A stretch of 39,000 nt of DNA from Planctomycetota bacterium (GTDB lineage: Bacteria; Planctomycetota; GCA-002687715; DRQF01): the NCBI GenBank assembly GCA_036479435.1, contig JAZGFI010000249.1:1-39000 (forward strand), written 5' to 3'. Positions within the stretch are counted from its first letter, which is position 1; each line of letters begins with the position of its first letter. Position numbers and translations under genes: made by a program. A model generated the notes under the pieces. It was not told the origin of the DNA. It saw only the letters and a program-made list of their open reading frames with translations, and searched no databases. Shown piece after piece: positions 1 through 7,563 of the stretch.

Positions 1-1146
1 GGCGGCACTTACGGTTGGTCAGAGAGCTTTGTGAACGTCGTCAACTCACCCAACGCCACGGGCACCTTAAAGACGAAGCAAACGAGCTGTTTGTTTAGCT
101 CGGAGACCGTACTCAACCAAACCGTCAACTTCGCAGAAACCCACTACACCAACGAGTGTCTCGTGAACGAATGGATCGGATCCAGCTCCGTGGTTTGGGA
201 TGGGCAAGTGATTCCGATCGGTGGCGTCATCGACCTGAGCCAAGAGGACCTCGGAAGCCACAACTACATCGTGACCCGCATCGACGGTGCCAACACCGAG
301 ATCTACGATTTCGTCATCACCGTCGAGTCTGCCTACACTTCTGACTTTATGGGCTCCGCGGCCAACGGCCTCAGTCAGCCACAAATCCCCGGTGGCCCCG
401 GCGTGAGCCCCATCGTTGCGCTGCCCATCGTGCCCATGACGATTCCGATCGACTACGTCGTCCCCACCGCGACGGTGTCCTTCACCAACAACACCGAGTT
501 CGCCGTTGACATCCAGGTCGTCCCGACGGCCTTGCAAACGGGGATCATGGTAGAAGTCATGGAGAACCAAGCTCAGGTACAGCCCGGCGACACCATCGTT
601 CGCGTCATCGAGTTCGGTACCTTGCCCGGTTGGGTCGTTCCTGCAGGCGTCCCGCTCAAGGCCATGGTCAATATCCACGCCATCAGCCCCTTTGGACCAG
701 TCCTTTCCAGCACGGAAGTAACGGCGGCATCCTGCTCGCTCGTGACGGGAACCGAGGAAGACTTCATCTTTGAGTCGACCATCAACGGCGGCCCGACGCA
801 AGACCTCTGCGCTCTGAACGCCACCGCCGGTGACGTTCTGGTCTTCAAGATGCTCTCGCCCCAAGGTGCCTTTGATGGCCTTCCCGCCTTCATAGTCGGC
901 GACATTTACACGCCCGGCTTCCCGCTCACTCGAATCTTGCCGGCCTTCCCGGAGATTCATGTCAGTGCGAACTACTTCACCGTCACGCTCTTCGCCCCGC
1001 TCGCTCCGGGCGGCACCTCGGTCGCAGTGAACCTGCCCGCGGGACTCGCAGGATTCGCCATTCGCCTCCAAGGCCTAGCGGTGACGAATACCGCCGACAA
1101 CGGCCTCGTCGCCTGCACCAACGCGCACGACATTGTGATGGAATGA
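1..1146 (+). CDS. Large, probably secreted protein, 5'-truncated by the window edge, with a Planctomycete-type C-terminal beta domain
   Basis: Frame is open from base 1 (GGTYGWSESF...) to TGA at 1146. Thr/Val/Gly/Pro-rich beta-type composition; ends ...LPAGLAGFAIRLQGLAVTNTADNGLVACTNAHDIVME. Confidence 0.7.
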   Translation, partial: GGTYGWSESFVNVVNSPNATGTLKTKQTSCLFSSETVLNQTVNFAETHYTNECLVNEWIGSSSVVWDGQVIPIGGVIDLSQEDLGSHNYIVTRIDGANTEIYDFVITVESAYTSDFMGSAANGLSQPQIPGGPGVSPIVALPIVPMTIPIDYVVPTATVSFTNNTEFAVDIQVVPTALQTGIMVEVMENQAQVQPGDTIVRVIEFGTLPGWVVPAGVPLKAMVNIHAISPFGPVLSSTEVTAASCSLVTGTEEDFIFESTINGGPTQDLCALNATAGDVLVFKMLSPQGAFDGLPAFIVGDIYTPGFPLTRILPAFPEIHVSANYFTVTLFAPLAPGGTSVAVNLPAGLAGFAIRLQGLAVTNTADNGLVACTNAHDIVME

Positions 1147-1287
1147 CCGCCACCTCCCGGATACCCGGGAATCCGGTCGCGTGGTACATCACGTAGTCCA
1201 GCACGGAAGATCTACAAGGGATCTTCCGTGCTTCTTTGTTTCGACATTGGATATACTCAGGTCCAACTCGGATGGAGTACTTCTTCG

Positions 1288-1812
1288 ATGCGTTCTTTTA
1301 TTGCCGTGATCATCGGCGCTGCGGTCATGATCGCCATTAGTGCCATTGGATTGGCCGTTGCGTTTCAGTCTCTCGGCGCCGAATTCGCCTTTGAAAAAGG
1401 CAGTTGGCTGCCCAGCATCATGTGGACGGCGGCCATCGCCATTCCCTTGGGCATCTTAGCGGCGGTCTTTGGTGGCTTGATCTGCTCGATCATCGCCAAG
1501 GCGCCGGGGACGCGGCCCCCCTTGGTCTTTGCCATGATCTTTCTTCTGTTTGGACTCGGCACTGCGATGCTGGGGATCATGAGCGCCGACCAAGAGAAGG
1601 AGAACACGAGCATCGTGAAGGATCTCACGGCCTCCGCCCGATCGGCCGCTATCGAGTTGGAGAAAAAAGACCTCACGACCATGGACGCGGGTAAGAAATT
1701 CAACAAGTTCAAACCACTGTGGTACGACTTCGCCACCACGCTTTGTGGCTTCTTCGGAATCCTCTATGGCGCCCGCATGGGCCGCAAGTTTCGCGGCCCC
1801 GCGAAAGCATAA
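1288..1812 (+). CDS. Hypothetical integral membrane protein (about 4 TM helices)
   Basis: ATG 1288 preceded by GGAG; four hydrophobic segments; basic C-terminus. Confidence 0.75.
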   Translation: MRSFIAVIIGAAVMIAISAIGLAVAFQSLGAEFAFEKGSWLPSIMWTAAIAIPLGILAAVFGGLICSIIAKAPGTRPPLVFAMIFLLFGLGTAMLGIMSADQEKENTSIVKDLTASARSAAIELEKKDLTTMDAGKKFNKFKPLWYDFATTLCGFFGILYGARMGRKFRGPAKA

Positions 1813-1826
1813 ACCGAGTGCCTACT

Positions 1827-1867
1827 CGGTGCCAGGCACCGTAAAGTGACGGCGGAGTGCCTGGCAC
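1827..1867. repeat. REP-like palindromic doublet, copy 1
   Basis: cggtgccaggcaccg palindrome, spacer, then gtgcctggcac; 37/41 identical to 4125-4165. Confidence 0.8.
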
Positions 1868-1876
1868 GGTTCGTGA

Positions 1877-3994
1877 TCACTTTGCGATCTTGACCTTGGC
1901 GAAGTGGTAGACCTCGTGCCAGTCGGCGTCAAACCAGCCTTTGATGTCGAGTCGGCTGGGGAACGGCCGTCCACCTTTTAGTATCACGAAGTCCGCTTTT
2001 AGCTCAGCGTCGATCTCGCCGCCCTTGGCGTGCACGCGGGTGGCCAGCCAATGGCCCGCGATCTGTTCGAATTCAAATTGTCGCCGCCAACCGTTCGCGT
2101 ATTCGATGCTCGCGACGTTGCCGTTCTTAATCACCAGGGCTTTGACCGCGCCGCCGGTGACAAGGATGCGGCTCTTTCGGTTCGGATCGGGCTCCAAGAC
2201 CGAATCCACAAACTCTAGGTCAAACGAGCGGCGGCCGGCGAAATCGTGCCGGGCCCAAATCGAATAGCGAGCACGAATGAGATCTTCCAGTTCCTTGGGT
2301 TTCCCCAACTTCGGCTTGCGCGCAAACTTGATGTTGAGCTTTTCAAAAACTTGCCCAGCCGTCACGCCGCGCCCGGTCCAAGCGATCATCTCGAAACGGC
2401 CTTTCAACTCGCGCTGGTTTTCCCACATGTTGGCCGCCGAGGTCACAACTTGGGCATAGCTCCCTTTTAGATGCAGCGGCTCGTCCGGGTAGCGATAGGC
2501 AAAATCCCAGGCTGCACGAGCTCTCGCCACGGCACTACCCGAGGGTGGTAAGGGCGGTTTCACGCTGCCGACAAAAACGAAATCCTTCAGTTTCAGACTT
2601 ACTTTCGTCTCGAGAGTGTCGCTTGAGTAGCCGTAGACATTGTGCTCGAAGCGAACGGGGTGCACGTAGCCTGCCCTGCGACTGTGCTCATAGGCTCGCG
2701 TCTCTTTCTTCCAAACACCGGCGGCATGGGTCTGAAACTCCTGAATGAGTTTCGGAACGATCTTGCCGTTTCTCTTGGTCTCATTCTGCCGCCTGAAGAA
2801 GGCAAAACTAGACGACTCACCACCCTTGCCGCCGACCAACCGTTCTCCATCGAATTCGAAAATCTGGTGCTCAAGGTAGGGACCTTGATTCAGCGACTTG
2901 CGATACAAGGCAACAGCCGGCCCTGGCGAGAGAGAATCCATCGTTATCTGAAAGTATTGACTAAGCTCCTTGAGAGTCGGCGCCGTAAGGTGGGCGAATG
3001 CGGCAGACAAGCTGCTGGATAGGTGCCCGCGCAGGTTTTTCTCAAGAGGCTCGCCAAACTTGACAGAACCTCGCTGGTCCTTTTTCCGGGTCCAAGTGAA
3101 CCCGACCTCACCTTTTTGCGGCGCGGTCTGGCGGCCGGACGCAGTACTCTGCGCATTGAACTTGATGATCCCTTTGACCGTGAGATCGCCAGGTGGCCAA
3201 CGCTCTTGGCGCTTCCAAGCCGACGCGAGCAGAGCCTGGGCCTTTCTTTCACCGCGGTCAAACACCACACTCCAGTCTTCGACTTGGACTTTCTTCAGCT
3301 CGCCGAATAGGGTGTTGTAGAGTTCAGCCCCGGCGCTAAACGACGGGTCGATGCTCTTTGTGCCCTGCCCCACCCAGCGCTCCTCGTTGGGCGCCAAACT
3401 CTGATTGCACAGCCCCCAATTTCCCAGTCCGCTGTACCTCACTCGAAAGGTCACATCGACCCGGTAGGGCAACTTGTTGCGCACGAGTACCTGAGTAGCT
3501 TTGATCTCCCCATTGACCGGGTCTATGACCTTCTTGAGCCTCTTCTTCAAGATCTTGACGGGGTTTTTCCGGACGGAGGCTCCGCGAAAAAACGACGCCC
3601 GGAGAACCCGCACTTTGAAACTGGTGTCCCTTTTTTCCGTCCATGGCCGTAGGACGAAGTACTTCTCTTTACCCTTGGCCGGCACGCCGCGGCCAGCCCG
3701 TCCGTAGCTTGCGCCCTCGAATCGAACGGCGATCGTCTTGGGATTGGACAGGGATTTCGACCGCTTGGTATGAGGGCTCGCAATGACCTCAAATTCCAAG
3801 GGTTCTGCGCTCAGCGAACCCTTGTTTTTCACGTCAATCCGCAGAAACGCCGATTTGGCATCTTGGCTGGTCGAGCCTACTCGACACACAAGGTCGTTCA
3901 GATCGCCGGGCAGAAACTCAGGGCCGGATTGGGCAGATAGATTCGCAGGGCAAAAGCTTAGAGCCGCGAAGAATACGATGAGCACAGATTTCAT
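1877..3994 (-). CDS. Secreted hypothetical protein with two DUF3386-like segments
   Basis: Signal peptide MKSVLIVFFAALSFCPANLSA from ATG 3994; internal repeats ALLASAWKRQERWP and ARARAAWDFAYRYP; Lys/Arg-rich. Confidence 0.7.
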   Translation of the reverse strand: MKSVLIVFFAALSFCPANLSAQSGPEFLPGDLNDLVCRVGSTSQDAKSAFLRIDVKNKGSLSAEPLEFEVIASPHTKRSKSLSNPKTIAVRFEGASYGRAGRGVPAKGKEKYFVLRPWTEKRDTSFKVRVLRASFFRGASVRKNPVKILKKRLKKVIDPVNGEIKATQVLVRNKLPYRVDVTFRVRYSGLGNWGLCNQSLAPNEERWVGQGTKSIDPSFSAGAELYNTLFGELKKVQVEDWSVVFDRGERKAQALLASAWKRQERWPPGDLTVKGIIKFNAQSTASGRQTAPQKGEVGFTWTRKKDQRGSVKFGEPLEKNLRGHLSSSLSAAFAHLTAPTLKELSQYFQITMDSLSPGPAVALYRKSLNQGPYLEHQIFEFDGERLVGGKGGESSSFAFFRRQNETKRNGKIVPKLIQEFQTHAAGVWKKETRAYEHSRRAGYVHPVRFEHNVYGYSSDTLETKVSLKLKDFVFVGSVKPPLPPSGSAVARARAAWDFAYRYPDEPLHLKGSYAQVVTSAANMWENQRELKGRFEMIAWTGRGVTAGQVFEKLNIKFARKPKLGKPKELEDLIRARYSIWARHDFAGRRSFDLEFVDSVLEPDPNRKSRILVTGGAVKALVIKNGNVASIEYANGWRRQFEFEQIAGHWLATRVHAKGGEIDAELKADFVILKGGRPFPSRLDIKGWFDADWHEVYHFAKVKIAK

Positions 3995-4124
3995 GAACAA
4001 GCCCTCTGGGCCACTCACCATTTGCCGTCGACCTTGGTTTAATCGATGGCTCAGGGCAGGTCCAGGTTTTTTGTTCTTTTGCGCACCGTTATAGTACGGC
4101 TTCGCTCAGCCTTTTTTTCTTATA

Positions 4125-4165
4125 CGGTGCCTGGCACCGCAGAGTGACGGCGGGGTGCCTGGCAC
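4125..4165. repeat. REP-like palindromic doublet, copy 2
   Basis: cggtgcctggcaccg palindrome, spacer, then gtgcctggcac; direct repeat of 1827-1867. Confidence 0.8.
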
Positions 4166-4184
4166 CGGATGAGCACCATGTGAT

Positions 4185-5177
4185 GTGAGTGAGGTTTTGG
4201 TCGCGATGGATTTGGCTTCCCCTCCTGCTGGCTGCAAATTGCCGCGGGGACTCGAAAATAGCTTGGAGACTTTTGTCTCTTCGGACGCGGATGCTCTGGT
4301 GTCGGCCCGCGCCTACACGCGGCATCTGGCGCAAAGCCACTACGAGAATTTTCATGTCGGTACTTGGCTGTTTCCGGCGGAGGTTCGCGAGCACGCTTAC
4401 GCCATCTACGCCTATTGCCGCTGGGCGGATGACCTCGCCGATGAAACGGGTGACCCCGCCCTTTCGCTTGAGTTATTGAAATGGTGGCGCGAGCTTTTGC
4501 ATCAGACTTTTGAGGGTCGCTGCGGGCATCCGGTCTTTGTGGCCTTGGCCGACACGATCACCCAATTCAAACTCAGCCGCGAGCCCTTTGATCGTCTGCT
4601 CGACGCCTTTGAACAAGACCAGCGGGTTTTTCGCTACGAGACTTTTGAGCAACTCGTGGAGTACTGCCACGGCAGCGCCGACCCGGTTGGCCATCTCGTT
4701 TTGGCCCTCTTGGGTTATCACGACGAGGAACGCCGCGCCTTATCTGATAAAACCTGCACGGCCTTGCAACTTGCAAATCACTGGCAGGACATCGAGAACG
4801 ACCTTCGCCGCGGGCGCATCTACGTGCCCCAAGAAGACCTCGATCGTTTTGAGGTCAACGAAGAAGACTTGGCCATGCCCAGCGCCAACGCCGCTGTCGT
4901 TGAGTTGATCCGCTTCGAAGTCGAGCGCGCTCGTGACTGGTTTCGACAGGGCCTCCCTTTGACCAAAATGGTCCGCGGTCGGGCCCGCTTTGATATCGAT
5001 TTGTTCAGTCGAGGCGGCATGGCCATCCTCGATGCCATCGAAGCGCAGGGCTACGACGTCTTGCGCAAGCGACCCAAAGTCGGCAAATTCAAGAAGGCGC
5101 GGCTCTTGAGCGGAGCCCTTTTGCGGGGCATCGCCGGGGGCAGCTCGAAGGTTTCAGCCAACGGAGCGACTTCGTGA
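4185..5177 (+). CDS. hpnC: Squalene synthase HpnC (hydroxysqualene synthase)
   Basis: HYENFHVGTWL, YCRWADDLADE, SADPVGHLVL, ALQLANHWQD and GRIYVPQED motifs; overlaps hpnD by GTGA. Confidence 0.92.
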   Translation: MSEVLVAMDLASPPAGCKLPRGLENSLETFVSSDADALVSARAYTRHLAQSHYENFHVGTWLFPAEVREHAYAIYAYCRWADDLADETGDPALSLELLKWWRELLHQTFEGRCGHPVFVALADTITQFKLSREPFDRLLDAFEQDQRVFRYETFEQLVEYCHGSADPVGHLVLALLGYHDEERRALSDKTCTALQLANHWQDIENDLRRGRIYVPQEDLDRFEVNEEDLAMPSANAAVVELIRFEVERARDWFRQGLPLTKMVRGRARFDIDLFSRGGMAILDAIEAQGYDVLRKRPKVGKFKKARLLSGALLRGIAGGSSKVSANGATS

Positions 5178-6052
5178 GTGTAGCTCTGAGCATCGACGAG
5201 TCCATTCGGCACTGCCGCGGCATCACGCGACGGGCTGCGACGAGCTTTTACTACGCGTTTAAGACCCTCCCAAAAACCAAGCGAATTGGCTTCGAAGTCG
5301 TCTACGCCTTCATGCGGCTGTCTGACGACATCAGCGACGATGATGTTGGCTCCGGCCGCCGTGAAAAGATCCACGCTTGGAGAATCTGTTTCGACCGCGC
5401 CTTGGCTGGCGACACCTCGTCACATCCGGTGATGCCAGCACTCATGAAAGTCCTGTGCGACTTTGACATTTCGCCGAAGTACTTTCACGAGTTGATCGAC
5501 GGCACCGAACAAGACCTCGACGTTACGCGTTTTCAAACCTTCGAGGATCTTTACTCGTACTGTTACCAAGTGGCCTCAACCGTGGGACTCGTCAGCCTTC
5601 GTCTCTTCGGGCTCGTCGATCCGAACCCCAGTCGTTGGAGTGAAGCAGATGCTCTCGCCATCGCTTGCGGGCAGGGTTTTCAGCTCACCAACATCTTGAG
5701 GGATGTGAAAGAGGATACGGAGCGCGACCGGATCTACTTGCCCCACGAAGACCTTGAGCGTTTTGGCATCAACGAGGATGATCTCCGCGCCGAACGTTAC
5801 GACGAGCCCTTCAAAAACCTGATGGCCTTCGAAGCGAAACGCGCCCAGGCTTTCTACGACGAATCGGCAGAGCTCATGCACTTTGTGGCCGCCGATGCCC
5901 GGCCCTGTTTTCGAACCATGCGCGGCATCTACCACAGCATCCTTTTAGGCATCATCGCGCGCGACTATGAGATCTGGAGTACGCGCGTCCGGGTGCCGCT
6001 GCCCAAGAAGCTGGGCATCGCGGCCCGCGCATTCTTGGGATTCGGATCTTGA
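5174..6052 (+). CDS. hpnD: Presqualene diphosphate synthase HpnD
   Basis: SFYYAF, YAFMRLSDDISD, YCYQVASTVG, FQLTNILRDVKED and RIYLP motifs of the phytoene/squalene synthase family; lies between hpnC and hpnE. Confidence 0.9.
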   Translation: MSVALSIDESIRHCRGITRRAATSFYYAFKTLPKTKRIGFEVVYAFMRLSDDISDDDVGSGRREKIHAWRICFDRALAGDTSSHPVMPALMKVLCDFDISPKYFHELIDGTEQDLDVTRFQTFEDLYSYCYQVASTVGLVSLRLFGLVDPNPSRWSEADALAIACGQGFQLTNILRDVKEDTERDRIYLPHEDLERFGINEDDLRAERYDEPFKNLMAFEAKRAQAFYDESAELMHFVAADARPCFRTMRGIYHSILLGIIARDYEIWSTRVRVPLPKKLGIAARAFLGFGS

Positions 6053-7479
6053 CCGCTGGACGCGCGCTCCAATCTCATGGCAGCTCTCACGAAGTCGTCG
6101 TCGGTGGAGGTGTAGCGGGTATCGCTGCAGCCATGGCTCTCGCCGAAGCTGGCCGCCGCGTCACACTCATCGAGAAACGTCCGCAACTCGGGGGGCGGGC
6201 CCACTCTTTTGTCGACGCCAAGACCGGCGACGAAGTCGACAACGGGCAACACATCATTTTGGGCTGTTGCACCAACACCATCGATTTCATTGAGCGACTC
6301 GGTCAGGCCGACTCGATCGTATGGACCAAGGTCTTCCACTACTTGTTGCCGGGCGGTGAGCGCCACGATTTTCGGCTCCGCAATCTCCCCGCTCCCCTGC
6401 ACGCCCTGCCTGCACTTTTGGGATTCGGTGCTCTGGGGTGGGTCGATAAGGTCTCGATCATCCGCGCCTTTTTGCAACTAACCCGATGGAGTCGCGTTAG
6501 CGGCGCTCTTCACCAAGGCGAAACGATGCTCCAATGGCTAAAGCGCCATCGCCAAACCGAGCGCGCCATCAAGCGTTTTTGGCAGCCAATCCTGGTCGGT
6601 GCGGTCAATGAAGAACTCGAATTCGCCGCCGTCGGGCCTTGCCTCAAGGTGTTCCTCGAGGGTTTTTTGCCGCATCCCCAAGCCCCACGTTTTGGCGTGC
6701 CGAAAGACGGACTGCGGCGCGTCATCGCCGAACCGGCGCTCGCAAAACTCCGGGAACTCGGCGTCGATGTCCGCTTGCGACACGGGGTAAGGCGCTTTGA
6801 GCGGGGTAATGCCCAAATCAAGGGTGGTATCGAACGCCTCTACTTGGACAACGGCGAAGTCCTAAAGGTTGACGGCGTGACTTTCGCGCTGCCCGCACCG
6901 GCTTTGAGCAAGATCCAACGAGACTCCGAAGACCATCTGATCGAACCTGCATCGCCAGAGCACCTCGCCTTTTCGCCTATCGCCGGTGTTCACCTTTGGT
7001 ACGACCGCATCGTGACCGACCTTGAGCATGGTTCTTTATTGGAATCGCCGATGCACTGGTTTTTTGCGCGTACGACGGCATCGAAGAACGAAGGACAGCG
7101 CATCTCCTTCGTCATCAGCGCGTCAAGGCACCTTGAGGATCTTAGTTCCGATGCCGCCGCCGAACTCGCCGACGCGGAATTCAAGCGCTACTTGCCGCAA
7201 GCTCAGGCAGCGAAACTACTGCACCAGGTCGTCGTCCGAGAAAAGCGCGCGACCTTCTCCGCCACCCCGGCCTTCGAGGTGGAGCGACCACCGGCCGCAA
7301 CAAGTTGTCCCAACGCCGTGCTCGCCGGCGACTGGACGCGCAACGATTGGCCTTCTACGCTCGAAGGCTCGATCCGCTCGGGCCGCATTGCCGCCGACCT
7401 TAGGTTGGCCGATGGCCGCAGCCGCGTGACGCCAGACTTAAAAGTAGGCTGGCTCGCGAGACCCTACGCTCGAAAGTAA
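6049..7479 (+). CDS. hpnE: Hydroxysqualene dehydroxylase HpnE (FAD-dependent)
   Basis: GGGVAG Rossmann motif, LGGRAHSF, DNGQHIILGCC, REKRATF, LAGDWTRNDWPSTLEGSIRSG. Confidence 0.92.
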   Translation: MTAGRALQSHGSSHEVVVGGGVAGIAAAMALAEAGRRVTLIEKRPQLGGRAHSFVDAKTGDEVDNGQHIILGCCTNTIDFIERLGQADSIVWTKVFHYLLPGGERHDFRLRNLPAPLHALPALLGFGALGWVDKVSIIRAFLQLTRWSRVSGALHQGETMLQWLKRHRQTERAIKRFWQPILVGAVNEELEFAAVGPCLKVFLEGFLPHPQAPRFGVPKDGLRRVIAEPALAKLRELGVDVRLRHGVRRFERGNAQIKGGIERLYLDNGEVLKVDGVTFALPAPALSKIQRDSEDHLIEPASPEHLAFSPIAGVHLWYDRIVTDLEHGSLLESPMHWFFARTTASKNEGQRISFVISASRHLEDLSSDAAAELADAEFKRYLPQAQAAKLLHQVVVREKRATFSATPAFEVERPPAATSCPNAVLAGDWTRNDWPSTLEGSIRSGRIAADLRLADGRSRVTPDLKVGWLARPYARK

Positions 7480-7557
7480 GACCTGGGAAGCGGCACTCAC
7501 ACCGCCGCTCCCGAAAGTAGGACCGAGGGGAAGCGGCACCCACCGCGCCGCTCCCTC
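7471..7557. repeat. Tandem duplicated hairpin (41 and 43 bp units) between convergent genes; probable terminator
   Basis: Units cgaaagtaagacctgggaagcggcactcacaccgccgctcc and cgaaagtaggaccgaggggaagcggcacccaccgcgccgctcc; each folds agcggc/gccgct. Confidence 0.65.
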
Positions 7558-7563
7558 GGGTCG

